Shown here piece after piece: positions 41,367 to 55,813 of a stretch of 64,000 nt of DNA (its first letter is position 1; each line of letters starts with the position of its first letter). Source of the stretch: Octopus vulgaris (Eukaryota); the NCBI GenBank assembly GCA_951406725.2, contig OX597840.1, forward strand, positions 12,400,001-12,464,000. Reading direction: 5' to 3'. Below the pieces are notes generated by a model, which did not search any database, was not told where the DNA came from, and saw nothing but the letters and a program-made list of their open reading frames with translations. A program made the translations under genes and the position numbers.

Positions 41367-44300
41367 TTGTGTGTCTGTTTGTCCCCACAACATCACTTGA
41401 CAACCGATGCTGGTGTGTTTACGTCCCCGTAACTTAGCAGTTCGGCAAAAGAGACCGATAGAATAAGTACTAGGCTTACAAAGAATAAGTCCTGGGGTCG
41501 ATTTGCTCGACTAAAGGTGGTGCTCCGGCATGGCCACAGTCAAATGACTGAAACAAGTAAAAGAGTAAACTTAGCGGTTCTCAAAAGGGACCGATAGAAT
41601 AAGTACTAGGCTTACAAAGAATAAGTCCTGGGGTCGATTTGCTCGAATAAAGGCGGTGCTCCAGCATGGCCACAGTCAAATGACTGAAACAATTAAAAGA
41701 AGATTTTGTTACTGTACACAGAGTTTTCTCTTACTTTTTCTTCCATGTTTCTGTTGTACATTTGCCATGAGTGGAGTTTGGTGTTTCACCGAGTTTGTGA
41801 ATGAAAAATGTATTTCTTTGGCCGCATGTAGAAGTAACTAATGACACTCATGAACAATTAATAGAAGATTTTGTTACTGTACACAGAGTTTTCTGTGTTG
41901 GCCTTTTAATGAATACTAACAGCGACAATTACACACTGGCAGAGACATACAGCTAGGATCTACAACAAACTATAAGCAATCTGTGGCTGGCCCATCACAA
42001 ATGAAAAATAATTGTACTATATTCATGGCAACAAAAGTTCCTGTCTCAAGCAGATGGATGTGGAGATGGGAATGGCAACACCATGCAGCTGCCTCAACAT
42101 TATGCAATTATTGCCAAAGTCTACCTTTATTTAGAGCAACTGGAGAAGGTTCAGAAAACCAAATCATGCGATGGCTTGCCACTGATTGATTGCTTAGTAG
42201 ACTGATCATGTGAAACAACTGTGGTTTGATTGTGATGTCTACTTGGCTACTGGGTGATTCGGTTTTGAATTACTGCTACACCTTTATCCAAGGCTACACA
42301 CAAATTGAACTCAAAGCCATTTGATTACAGGCGTAGGAGTGGCTGTGTGGTAAGTAGCCTGCTTACCAACAACATGGTTCCGGGTTCAGTCCTACTGCGT
42401 TGCACCTTGGGCAAGTGTCTTCTACTATAGCCTCGGGCCGACCAAAGCCTTGTGAATGGATTTGGTAGATGGAAACTGAAAGAAGCCCGTTGTATATATG
42501 CATATATATATGTATGTGTATGTCTATATTTGTGTGTCTGTGTTTGTCCCCCCAACATCACTTGACAACTGATGCTGGTGTGTTTATGTCCCCGTAACTT
42601 AGCAGTTCGGCGAAAGAGACTGATAGAATAAGTACTGGGCTTACAAAGAATAAGTACTGTGGTCGATTTCCTCGACTAAAGGCGGTGCTCCAGCATAAAG
42701 CCATATTTTGCTCGAATCTATAAGATATTCATGCCATCCTTTCATTTACCTCTGCATTGGTGTGGAAAATAGCCATAAAACAGTGATGTATCATCATATC
42801 GATTAATTTCTTAATAAGATTTTAATGAATCAAGACAGAGCAGCTGTCTTTTTTTTAGGTTAAATGTATGATTCTCCTTATACCATGTGAAATAGCAAAC
42901 TGAAATTTCTCTCAAATCAGACCCTACCATCTTAGGACAGTAGAAGACATTACGTATATAGGTGTATATATATGTGTGTGTGTGTATTTATGTTCATGTG
43001 TGTATGCATGTTTATGTGTGTATATATATATATGTGTGTGTATACATATGTGTATATATATATATGTATATATATATATGTATATATATATATGTATGTA
43101 TATATATATGTATATATATATATGTATATATGTATATGTATATGTATGTATGTATATATATGTATATGTATGTTTATATATGTATATATATAAAAATATG
43201 TGTATTTATATATATGTATATATATGTATATATGTATATATACATTTATTTATCTGTGTGTGTGTATATATATATATATACACACATACATACATACATA
43301 CATACATACATACATACATACATACATACATACATACATACAGATAAATGTGTATATGGATGCATATATATGTGTGTGTGTAGATATATTTGTGTGTACA
43401 CACAACACATACACACACACACACACGCACACATGATTCTCAAAGAGTCAAAGTAGTATGACTGCTGTGATGCCTACTGAAGCAGAAACACATGTCCTCT
43501 TGCCTACAGGAAAGACAAGCAATGCAACCAAATGAATAAATAAAGCAGACTGTCTTTTCCTTAATGCTATGATAATTCTGGAGAGTTCTTGTGTCTTGAG
43601 ATTATCTCTTGTTCTCATCCAGTGGAGGTTGTAATGGCCTTGGGGCTTCTCATCTACCTTCTCTTCAAGTGAAGAAAATTTCTCAAAATCAAGAATTTAT
43701 CTTGTACAGTATTTAATATATCAGATCCAAATTCCTGCCTTTGGTCTCTATGAGTTTCTTCCCTTCACTCAGTTTTGTTTAAAAATATCTATGTGGTAAG
43801 AAGCTTGTTTCCCAACCACATGGTTCCGGGTTCAGTCCCACTGTGTGGTACTTTGAGTAAGTGTCTTCTGCTATAGCCTCAGACTGACCAAAGCCTAGTG
43901 AGTGGGTTTGGTGGATGGAAACTGAAAGAATCCCTTCAAATATATATATACTCTTTACTCTTTTACTCTTTTACTTGTTTCAGTCATTTGACAGCAGCCA
44001 TGCTGGAGCACCGCCTTTTTAGTCGAGTAAATCGACCCCAGGACTTATTCTTTGTAAGCCCAGTACTTATTCTATCAGTCTCTTTTGCTGAACCGCTAAG
44101 TTACGGGGACGTAAACACACCACCATCGGTTGTCAAGCAATGGTTGGGGGATAAACACAGACACACAAACATATACACACATACACATACATACATATAT
44201 ACGACGGGCTTCTTCCAGTTTCTGTCTACCAGATCCACTCACAAGGCTTTGGTCGGCCCGAGGCTATAGTAGAAGACACTTGCCCAAAGTACCACGCAGT

Positions 44301-44390
44301 GTGAATGAACCTGGAACCATGTGGTTGGTAAGCAAGCTACTTACCACACAACCACTCATATATGTATATATATATATGTATGTATATTTG

Positions 44391-44427
<37 letters not shown>

Positions 44428-45276
44428 GTAGGGGACCCCCAAAAGGGGTCACAGAGAGTAGCGTCCCTGTCTTCCTGAGCTAGTTTTCCACCACATTTCT
44501 TAAAAATCGTGGTAGAGGCCTTAGTCTCGGGATCACTCATGTCTAGAAACTGAGGTTGGGAATTAAGCAAAAGCATGCTCCTCATACAAAATCCAGCTCC
44601 AAAAAAGCCTTATGATAGCAAAGGGAATGGGCACCAGCCAGCCCATAGGTTGCTATGGCTTTGAGGTAGATCCGGCCAATTCCATCAATGGGGACAAAAC
44701 TTGGATTTAAAACACTGGATGATGATGATGATATATAGGAGGATTAGCACTCTGTTGGTTACAATGACAAGGGTTCCAGCTGATATGATCAAGAGAACAG
44801 CCTGCTCATGAAATTAATGTGCAAGTGGTTGAGCAATCCACGGTTACATGTACCCCCTATGTAGTTCTCAAGGAAATTCAGCATGACACAGTGTGTGACA
44901 AGGCTGGCCCTTTGAAATACAGGTACAACTCATTTTTGCCAGCTGAGTGGACTGGAGCAGTGTGAAAATAAAGTGTCTTGCTCAAGGACACAGCGCATTG
45001 CTGGCAATCGAACTCACAACCGTAAGGTCGTGAACCAAATATCCCACCCACTAAGCCACACGCCTTCATATATTTATATATATATATACATACACACATA
45101 TATATGGTGGACTCTCTCATCGAAGACGATGAATGAGGGTTCAGCAAATAACCTTCAACAATATATATATATACTGGAGTAAGCACATAAATGTGAAATA
45201 AGGTGGGAAAAAGAGCACTCAGATACCAGAGGTAGAGTAATATGCTTTATTTAAAAGCAGCAGAAATATAACAAAA

Positions 45277-45316
45277 GCTATTACTCAGAGTTTCCCGTTC
45301 CCGTTCGTCGGACAGT
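45277..45316 (-). ncRNA. Minimal hammerhead-like motif with CCGACGA core (slightly decayed)
   Basis: Minus strand reads ACTGT-CCGACGA-ACG ggaa CGG-GAAA-CTC t GAG-TA-ATAGC. Confidence 0.55.
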
Positions 45317-45388
45317 TTTATTTAACAATACTGTCCAACGAACGTGAATAAGGTATCTATCTATCTATATATATATATATATATATCA

Positions 45389-45685
45389 ATGGCCCAGTAG
45401 TTAGGGCAGCGGACTCGCGGTCGCAGGATCGCGGTTTTGATTCCCAGACCAGGCGTTATGTGTGTTTATTGAGCGAAAACACCTAAAGAAGCTTCACGAC
45501 GCTCCGGCAGGGGGTGGTGATCCCTGCTGTACTCTTTCACCACTCTTTCTCCCACTCTTTCTTCTGTTGGCCTGCTCGCTTAGCCAGCGGAGTGGCGTCA
45601 TTCGAAGGCTAAAACAATGCGAACGCATTGTGACCAGCGATGTGTAACAACATCTGATGGTCTGGTCGGTCACGTGGTCACGTGA
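45389..45685 (+). mobile_element. tRNA-headed SINE family D (also 40436-40790)
   Basis: TGGCCCAGTAGTTAG..GATTCCCAGACC head shared between the copies. Confidence 0.7.
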
Positions 45686-45719
45686 TATATATATATGTAT
45701 GTATGTATATATACATATA

Positions 45720-45791
<72 letters not shown>

Positions 45792-45823
45792 CACATGCAT
45801 ATATATATGTGTATATATATATA

Positions 45824-45863
<40 letters not shown>

Positions 45864-45915
45864 CATATATTTATATGTATGTGTGTATGTATATATATAT
45901 ATAAATATATATATA

Positions 45916-46299
45916 CTAGCAGTATCGCCCGGCGTTGCTCGGGTTTGTAAGGGAAATAACTATAAAGCACTTTTAGAGAGTTATAGCCAAAAAATAGCAA
46001 AAAAATGGGAAAAAAATGATGGTAAATTTTTTTTGATAGTTAAAAAGGCCGAGTTGCGTCCCCTACACCATCTGCGGTTTGTGTTTCTGATTGTCAACCC
46101 CATGTCGAATTTATCGATCTTTTTCAGAACTGGGGAAACTTTTCAAAATTTTTGCTGCGTTAGTTTTGAATTATGACATTGGGCTATGTGTGTGTCAAGT
46201 TTCATCAGAATCGGTTGAAAGCCGTGGTCAGAGTGAGGGTACAAGCAAACAGACACACAGAAACAGGCACAGACAAACTGCCGTTTATATAGAGAGAGA
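45916..46299 (-). mobile_element. Non-autonomous Helitron with the same 3' end and a different 5' part
   Basis: CTAGCAGTATCGCCCGGCGTTGCTCGGG matches the reverse complement of the terminus at 62592-62619. Confidence 0.75.
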
Positions 46300-47370
46300 T
46301 GTATGTATATATATATGTGTGTGTATGTGTATATATATGCATGTGTGTGTGTATATTCATAGGACCTGCTTTCTGGTTTCTGTGGCACACACATCCCCCC
46401 CCATGCCCCCACTACTGGATGGAAAGCCAGTCCGTTAGATGGTTACTCATTTTTGCTAGCTGAATGACCTGGAGCAACAAGAATACAATGCGTTGCCCGG
46501 TCTAGGATTTGAAACCAGAACCTCATAATCACGAGTCCAACACACTTACCATTAAGCCACACCATTTCTATAACCCTTTAACATTCACATTATTCTGTCA
46601 AAAGTAATGCTTATTTATTGACATTCTTTTTAATTAATCATCGTCATCATCATCATCATCATCACTTAACGTCCATTGTCCAAGCAGGCATGCGTTGGGC
46701 AGTTTGTCCAGGGTTGGTAAGTTGGAAGACTGCACCAGACCCCAGTCTGTTTTGTCATGGTTTTCTAAGGCTGGATGTCCTTCCTAACGCCAGCCACTCC
46801 GAGAGTGTAATGGGTGCTTCAATATTTTGTGGTTTTGAGATTTTGATGAGGGAAATGTTAATTTTTAGGGTTTGTGTGAGAGGCCTGATCTGGTCAGTTT
46901 GAACATAAAACAAGTAGAATATTTTGGCTGGATATGGTCAGTTTAAATGCTAAAGGGTTAAACATATACACTTCTGAAAATGTTTGATGCTACTACCACT
47001 TTAACCCCGGGCAGATCTTCTACCAGCTGGTTATAGGTGCAGCCTGCATCCTGTATATATTGCAAGCAAGGGAGCAAAATAGCCTGAAACCGAGTCAGTC
47101 TTGTGATCCTGTCATCTGCTGGAGGATGGTAAGGGTTCGCTCCCTTGCTTGCAATATATATAGGGTGCAAGCTGCACAGGTAACCAGCTGGTGGAAGATC
47201 TGCCTGGTGTTAAAATAGTAATATTGAACAGCCATATTGGTGAGGTGATTAAATTTATTCGTCAGTATAGTTACTCTTCTTGTCTCTTATTGAGATTGTC
47301 TGACTACTTTGCTTATAATAAAAATAGTTTAACTGAAGAATTATTCAAAACTTTTTGTAGAAGACATATA

Positions 47371-47587
47371 TGAGAGGCTGCTGAAAAGTACGTGGTTTTA
47401 AGGGTATCGTGAAGGGCCTGATTGGAAGCCTGACCTTCTGAGTTCTTTTACAGGGTTTAGAAAAACCAAAGGACTGCTGCAATAAATGTGTGAATCTGAG
47501 AGGGGAATATGTTGAATAAAATTGTAATTATCTGATCCTCCTGTATTTTCTTTTACCCAAAGCATGGAACTTTTTAGTACCCCCTCA
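47371..47587 (+). mobile_element. Mariner-derived MITE
   Basis: Imperfect TIRs TGAGAGGCTGCTGAAAAGT / ACTTTTTAGTACCCCCTCA with TA flanks; residual C-terminal CNKCVNLRGEYVE*. Confidence 0.7.
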
Positions 47588-47664
47588 TACATGTTATGCT
47601 TTTACAAGAAGAGGGTGACTAGTTTAGGCCATCAAGTATTTATGTGTGTGTGTGTATGTATTTA

Positions 47665-48081
47665 TTATTTCTTTACTGCCCACAAGGGGCTACACACAGA
47701 GGGGACAAACAAGGACAGACAAACGGATTAAGTCAATTATATCGACCCCAGTGCGTAACTGGTACTCATTTAATCAACCCCGAAAGGATGAAAGGCAAAG
47801 TCAACCTTGGCAGAGTTTGAACTCAGAACGTAGCAGCAGATGAAATACCTATTTCTTTATTACCCACAAGGGGCTAAACACAGAGGGAACAAACAAGGAC
47901 AGACATAGGTATTAAGTCGATTACATCAACCCCAGTGTGTAACTGATACTTAATTTATCGACCCCGAAAGGATGAAAGGCAAAGTCGACGTCGGAGGAAT
48001 TTGAACTCACAATGTAACGCAGACGAAATACCGCTAAGCATTTCACCCAGCGTGCTAACGTTTCTGCCAGCTCGCAGCCTT
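47665..48081 (-). repeat. SINE family B with two tandem bodies
   Basis: Same junction at about 47849. Confidence 0.85.
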
Positions 48082-48275
48082 ATGTATATATTTATATGAT
48101 ATGTAAATTGGCACTCCATTGGTTGTGATGAAAGAAAATTTAGCCTGAAAACTCTGTTATACTTTATTTGGAGACAGGTAAGGGTTGTGACTAAATGGAC
48201 ATCTGATGAGAAAAATCCAAATCTGACCAGTGCAATCATGAAAAACTGATAATGATGAGGTTGTAAAACTTCGAA

Positions 48276-49474
48276 AACCTTTCAAAGTGTTTACATACAT
48301 TTTGAATACATTTTCCAAATACCGTTCAGCTTTCACTTATGGCCCTTTCCATGATTTAACTACATTCCTAATTGCATTCAAACTATTGTACCATTTCCAA
48401 AAAAACCAGAGTGGATGCCAAGGTCTGCTGCATCAATCCATTTGGTAAAAATTATTTGCTGATAAAATACTTTGAATATGAATTGCATTCCATCTAACTC
48501 ATACAAGCATTGAAAAATAGATGTTAAAAACGATGGTGATGATGACATTTAGAAATGTATATAATCCTTTGATCCAAAAGCTGTATCAGTGATGTTGTGG
48601 TTAAAGGTAACTATGTTACTTCAGTTTTAGAATTCCAATCATGAGATATCATGGATGGCTTGGAGCTTTATGTAAAATGTGCAAAATTTTGAATGCAATC
48701 TTCTCCTTATTAGAATATTCCTTTACCTGGAAACCAAAGCTATTCAGGAACCAATCTTCAAAGACTTGTTTAGTGATCCATGCTTTTTTCATTGTAGAAG
48801 CAGCATATTTTTGTTAATGTTCTTGAAATTACATGAGTTTTGAAAGTGAGAAACAGGAAGTGGCTTCAGTTTAAGCCTGGCCATATTGTTTCCAAAAAGG
48901 CACAGGCATTGCTCTGTGGTTAAGCAGCTTGCTTCCTAACTATGTGGTCTTGGGTTCAGGCCCAGTGTGCAGCACCTTGGTCAAGTAAGTGTGTTCTACT
49001 ATTACCTCGAGCTGACCAAAGTCCTGTGAGTGGATTTGGTAGATGGAAACTGAAAGAAGATCAGAGTGTGTAGGAGTGGCTAGTTGCAGGAGTGGCTGTG
49101 TGGTAATAAGTTTGCTTCCCAACCACATGGTTCTTGGTTCAGTCCTACAGCATGGCACCTTGGGCAAGTTTCTTCTACTATAGCTTTGAGCTGACCAAAG
49201 CATTGTGAGTGGATTTGGTAGACAGAAACTGTAAGAAGCCTCTCGTATGTGTGTGTGTTTGTATGTTTGTCCCCCACTGCTATTTGACAACTAGTGTTGG
49301 TGTGTTTACGTCTCCAAAACGTAGCAGTTCACCAAAAGAGATTGACAGAATAAGTGTAAGGCATAAAATTATAAAAGTTCTGCAGCTGAATTACTTGACT
49401 AAAATTCTTTGAAGCAGCGCTCCAGCATGGTCACAGTTGAATGGCTGAAACAAGTAAAAGATAACTGATAAAAG

Positions 49475-49525
<51 letters not shown>

Positions 49526-52500
49526 CACATACATACATACATACATACATACATACATACATACATACATACGTACATACATATAAATATATTGGTGATA
49601 GTGCCATATAAAAAACACCTAGTGCACTCTGTAGAGTGGTTGGCATTAGGAAGGGCATCTAACCATAGAAACCCAGCCAAAACAGACTATGGAATCTGGT
49701 TTGGCCTCTGTCCTTTCCAGTTCTTGTCAAACCCTCCAACTCATGCCAACTTGGAAAATGGATGTTAAATATTGATGATGATGATGATGGTGATGATGAT
49801 GGTGATGATGATGGTGATGGTGGTGATATATACATATATGTGCACATGTATGTGTTGGGTATCCTTGTGTAGATATCATGTGGTGGCTGTAAATGAACAT
49901 CACTCTCATACAAGAGGGGTTGTGTCTTTCTAGTCTCCCATGAAAAACATAGCTGGTCACTGGAGAATATTACCTTGCTTGGAAACAGTTGAGGGTTGAT
50001 GACAAGAAGGGAAATGGTCCCTAGAAAATCTGCCCCCCCAAAAGTTCCATCTGACCCCTGACCAAGAATGGAAGAATGGTTGTTATAACCATGTTGATGA
50101 GGATACAATACTAAGGAAACCTTTCAAAGTGTTTACTTATATTTTCAGTTCCTTTTTACCCACTTACTATTCAGCTTTCACTTGTGATCCCTTCCATGAT
50201 TTAACTACATTCCTAATTGCATTCAAACTATTGTACCATTTCCAAAATACCAGAGCTGATAAAATACTTTGAATATGAATTGCATTCCATCTAACTCATA
50301 CGAGCATTGAAAAATAGATGTTAAAAACGATGGTGATGATGACATTTAGAGAATGTATATAATCCTTTGATCCAAAAGCTGTATCAGTGATGTTGTGGTT
50401 AAAGGTAACTATGTTACTTCAGTTTTAGAATTCCAATCAATGAGATATCATGGATGGCTTGGAGCTTTATGTAAAATGTGCAAAAATTTTGAATGTAATC
50501 TTCTCCTTATTAGAATATTCCTTTACCTGGAAACCAAAGCTATTCAGGAACCAATCTTCAAAGACTTGTTTAGTGATCCATGCTTTTTCATTGTAGAAGC
50601 AGCATATTTTTGTTAATGTTCTTGAAATTACATGAGTTTTGAAAGTGAGAAGCAGGAAGTGGCTTCAGTTTAAGCCCGGCCATATTGTTTCCAAAAAGGC
50701 ACAGGCATTGCTCTGTGGTTAAGCAGCTTGCTTCCTAACTATGTGGTCTTGGGTTCAGGCCCAGTGTGCAGCACCTTGGTCAAGTAAGTGTGTTCTACTA
50801 TTGCCTCAGGCTGGCCAAAGTCCTGTGAGTGGATTTGGTAGATGGAAACTGAAAGAAGCTCAGAGTATGTAGGAGTGGCTATGTGGTAATAAGTTTGCTT
50901 TCCAACCACATGGTTCTCGGTTCAGTCCTACAGCATGGCACGTTGGGCAAGTTTCTTCTACTATAGCTTTGAGCTGACCAAAGCATTGTGAGTGGATTTG
51001 CTTGACAAAACTGAAAGAAGCTTGTCGTATGTGTGTGTGTTTGTGTGTGTGTGTGTGTTTGTCCCCCACCACTATTTGACAACTGGTGTTGGCGTGTTTA
51101 CGTCTCCAAAACGTAGCAGTTCACCAAAAGAGATTGACAGAATAAGTGCAAGGCATAAAATTATAAAAGTTCTGCAGTTGAATTACTTGACTAAAATTCT
51201 TTGAAGCAACGCTCCAGCTTGGTCACAGTTGAATGGCTGAAACAAGTAAAAGATAACTGATAAAAGAAATATATATATTTGGCGGTACCCCAGCATGGCG
51301 GTGCCCCAGCATGGCGGTGCCCCAGCATGGCCACAGCTCATTAGCTGAAACTGGAAAAATCAAAATCAAAATATATATACATACATACATATAAATATAT
51401 TGGTGATAGTGCCATATAAAAAGCACCCGGTGCACTCTGTAGAGTGGTTGGCTTTAGGAAGGGCATCCAGCTATAGAAACCCAGCCAAAGCAGACTATGG
51501 AATCTGGTTTGGCCTCTGTCCTTTCCAGTTCTTGTCAAACCCTCCAACTCATGCCAACTTGGAAAATGGATGTTAAATATTGATGATGATGATGATGGTA
51601 ATGGTGGTGGTGATGGTGATGATATATACACATATGTGCACATATATGTGTTGGGTATCCTTGTGTAGATATCATGTGGTGGCTGTAAATGAACATCACT
51701 CTTATACAAGAAGGGTTGTGTCTTTCTAGCCACCCATGAAAAACATAGCTGGTCACTGGAGAATATTACCTTGCTTGGAAACAGTTGAGGGTTGATGACA
51801 AGAAGGGAAATGGTCCCTAGAAAATCTGCCCCCACAAAAAGTTCCATCTGACCTCTGACCAAGGATGGAAGAATGGTTGTTATAACCATGTTGATGAGGA
51901 TACAATACTAAGGAAACCTTTCAAAGTGTTTACTTATATTTTCAGTTCCTTTTTACCCACTTACCATTCAGCTTTCACTTGTGATCCCTTCCATGATTTA
52001 ACTACATTCCTAATTGCATTCAAACTATTGTACCATTTCCAAAATACCAGAGCTGATAAAATACTTTGAATATGAATGGCATTCCATCTAACTCATACGA
52101 GCATTGAAAAATAGATGTTAAAAACGATGGTGATGATGACATTTAGAGAATGTATATAATCCTTTGATCCAAAAGCTGTATCAGTGATGTTGTGGTTAAA
52201 GGTAACTACGTTACTTCAGTTTTAGAATTCCAATCAATGAGACATCATGGATGGCTTGGAGCTTTACATAAAATGTGCAAAAATTTTGAATGCAATCTTC
52301 TCCTTATTAGAATATTCCTTTACCTGGAAACCAAAGCTATTCAGGAACCAATCTTCAAAGACTTGTTTAGTGATCCATGCTTTTTCATTGTAGAAGCAGC
52401 ATATTTTTGTTAATGTTCTTGAAATTACATGAGTTTTGAAATTGAGAAGCAGGAAGTGGCTTCAGTTTAAGCCCGGCCATATTGTTTCCAAAAAGGCACA

Positions 52501-52823
52501 GGCATTGCTCTGTGGTTAAGCAGCTTGTTTCATAACTATGTGGTCTTGGGTTCAGGCCCAGTGTGCAGCACCTTGGTCAAGTAAGTGTGTTCTACTATTG
52601 CCTCAGGCTGACCAAAGCCCTGTGAGTGGATTTGGTAGATGGAAACTGAAAGAAGATCAGAGTGTGTAGGAGTGGCTGTGTGGTAATAAGTTTGCTTTCC
52701 AAACACATGGTTCTGGGTTCAGTCCCACTGCATGGCACTTTGAGTAAGTGTCTTCTACTATAGCCTTGGGCTGACCAGAGCATTATGAGTAGATTTGCAT
52801 GACAGGAATTGAAAGAAGCCTGT

Positions 52824-52861
<38 letters not shown>

Positions 52862-53075
52862 TCCCCCACCACTATTTGACAACTGATGTTGGTGCATTTA
52901 CTTCCCCAAGACTTAGCAGTTCACCAAAAGAGACTGACAGAATAAGAGTAAGGCATAAAATTATAAAAGCAGTGGGATAGAATAATTTGACTAAAATTCT
53001 TCAAAGCAGAGCCCCCCATCATGGCCTCAGTCTAATGACTGAAACAAGTAAACAATAACTGATAAAAGAAATATA
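48276..53075. repeat. Tandem segmental triplication, about 1.8-kb unit (about 2.6 copies)
   Basis: AAACCTTTCAAAGTGTTTAC at about 48276, 50118 and 51915, with colinear content including nested SINEs. Confidence 0.9.
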
Positions 53076-53311
53076 TATATATGTGTCTTTATATTCTTAA
53101 TTGCTTTCTCTATCATACAGGTATCATCTCTGATGGCAGATCCATCTTTTGGGTCCACATTAGGCAGACTCAGCTTCTCCCATGCATTCTCCACATTTAG
53201 TAGCCTTTCTTAGTGGCATTTCCACACATCTCTCTCTCTCCTCAGAATAACTAAATGCAAGTACACCATTATCCATCTATACACACTTCTCACCCTCAGC
53301 ATCTTGATTCT

Positions 53312-54066
53312 TATTTCTTTACTGTCCACAAGGGGCTACACACAGAAGGGACGAAAAAGGATGCACAAACAGATTAAGTTGATTAGATTGACCCCAGTGT
53401 GTAACTGGTACTTATTTAATCGACCCTGAAAGGATGAAAGGCAAAGTCGACCTTGGCGGAATTTGAACTCAGAACATAGCGGCAGACGAAATACCTATTT
53501 CTTTACTACCCACAAGGGGCTAAACACAGAGAGTACAAACAAGGACAGACAAACGGATTAAGTCAATTATATTGACCCCAGTGCATAACTGGTACTTATT
53601 TAATTGACCCCGAAAGGATGAAAGGCAAAGTCGACCTCAGCAGAATTTGAACTCAGAACGTAACGACAGACGAAATACCTATTTCTTTACTGCCCACAAG
53701 GGGCTAAACACAGAGCGGACAAACGGATTAAGTCGATTATATTGACCCCAGTGCGTAACTGGTACTTATTTAATCGACCCTGAAAGGATGAAAGGCAAAG
53801 TCGAACCTCGGCGGAATTTGAACTCAGAACATAGCGGCAGACGAAATACCTATTTCTTTACTATCCACAAGGGGCTAAACACAGAGAGTACAAACACAGA
53901 GTGGACAAATGGATTAAGTCAATTATATTGACCCCAGTGCGTAACTGGTGCTTATTTAATTGACCCCGAAAGGATGAAAGGCAAAGTCGACCTCGGCGGA
54001 ATTTGAACCCAGAACGTAAAGACAAACGAAATACGGCTAAGCATTTCGCCCGGTGTGCTAACCGAA
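53312..54066 (-). repeat. SINE family B with four tandem bodies
   Basis: Junction GACGAAATACCTATTTCTTTA at about 53495, 53679 and 53850. Confidence 0.88.
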
Positions 54067-55813
54067 GCCATAATTCACCTGTCATTATAATTCACCTGTC
54101 ACTATAATAACATCATTGTATTCCATTGATCAAAGTAGTCAGCACAAGGGATTCAAAGAAATGGTCCTTCTTTTCATCTTCCAGTCTTCTGTGAGGAATA
54201 TACAGAGATAAATGTCTCTGTTACATTATACAAGACTATTTTTTGTTTAAAAATCCTATGACACACCTGGCAAGTAGATGCGATTTAAATTTTGTGTTAG
54301 TTCAACTTACAACCTCTCTCTCTTTTCTCTCTCTTTTACTTGTTTCAGTCATTTGACTGCGGCCATGCTGGAGCACCGCCTTTAGTCGAACAAATCGACC
54401 CCGGGACTTATTCTTTGTAAGCCCAGTACTTTTTCTATCGCTCTCTTTTGCCAAACCGCTAAGTGACGGGGACGTAAACACACCAGCATTGGTTGTCAAG
54501 CAATGCTAGGGGGACAAACACAGACACACAAACACACACACATAGACATACATGTATATACATATATACGACAGGCTTCTTTCAGTTTCCGTCGACCAAA
54601 TCCACTCACAAGGCATTGGTCAGCCCGTAAATTTTTATTGTCATTTTTTTAACCCTTTAGCATTTAAACTGGTTATATCCGGCCAAAATATTGTACCTGA
54701 CCAGATTCGGCCTCTCACACTTACCCTACAATGTTATCCTTGAAATAAACAACCACAGCATTGAAATCTAAAAGCTACAAAGTAATGCATGATTAATTCA
54801 AAACACTGTCAATAAAAAAAATGTTTTACCTTTGACAGAGAAATCTGAAAACTAAGGAGTTAAGCCGCAAATTTCACAGTTGCCTATTGGAATTGAACTC
54901 ATGTCCTCTTGGCTTGTAGCTTATCACACAACATTGTGATTAAACCACTCAAAACTTTGAAGTTTATTTTGCTTTACTGAGGTTTTTTTTTTTGTTATTG
55001 TTTCCAAGTCATGTTATGGATTTTATTTTTCTTCTCTTTTCTCATTGGAATACCTCAGCTTGGCAAACAAGCTGTTACCTTAATTACCAATTCACTTAAT
55101 TAGAGCATGGTAGCAGCTTTGCAACGTAGTAGAGATATTATCAGCATTAAAGAGGGTGTGTAGGATAATGGTGTTCTTTATCAACTTTATATGAGCACTA
55201 CTGATGTGTAGGGAGAGAGATAGAAAGACTGGATTGTTAAACTAGAACTGGTTATTAAACTCAAAGATTTGGCAAAGTTCTGTGCATCTAAAGAAAGGTT
55301 TTGATGATCAAAGATTTTTATTGAAGAACAAAACCAAAAATAAGTGACAGGGTTTCAAAGAAGGCAAAACGAAAAAAGAAAAAAAGAAAGTTGTTCACTT
55401 TTTTAGTGGGAATAAATAAATTTAAGACAAGTAAAGAATATTTCGGTAAAATAGAATCACTGTTGCTGATGTTACAGTAATAAAATTCTTCATTTGGTTA
55501 TTGATATTGGCATAACTGTCAATTTTGGAATTTCCAAAAGGAGAAGTTCAGCCTGGCAGAACATGGCACTTCAAGCATTGATATTAATGTTTTTGATACA
55601 CCAGCCAAAGAGGGGGACTATGTGGCTGATGAACTGTTAGAAATAGCAGTTAAATCTGATGATCACAACATGCTTGTGTTAAATAAGACTAGGGCACATA
55701 AGAAAAATGTACCTTTAGATACACTGAATCTGAAAAAAAACGTGATTGATGGCCACAACTGGAATGTCTTGCATCACGACTGACCTGGCACCAAAAAACA
55801 AAGGAAAAGAATA

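Noticed and set aside
55090-55640. Purine-rich stretch that looks like decayed coding sequence
   Set aside because: No sustained open reading frame and no motif I can identify.
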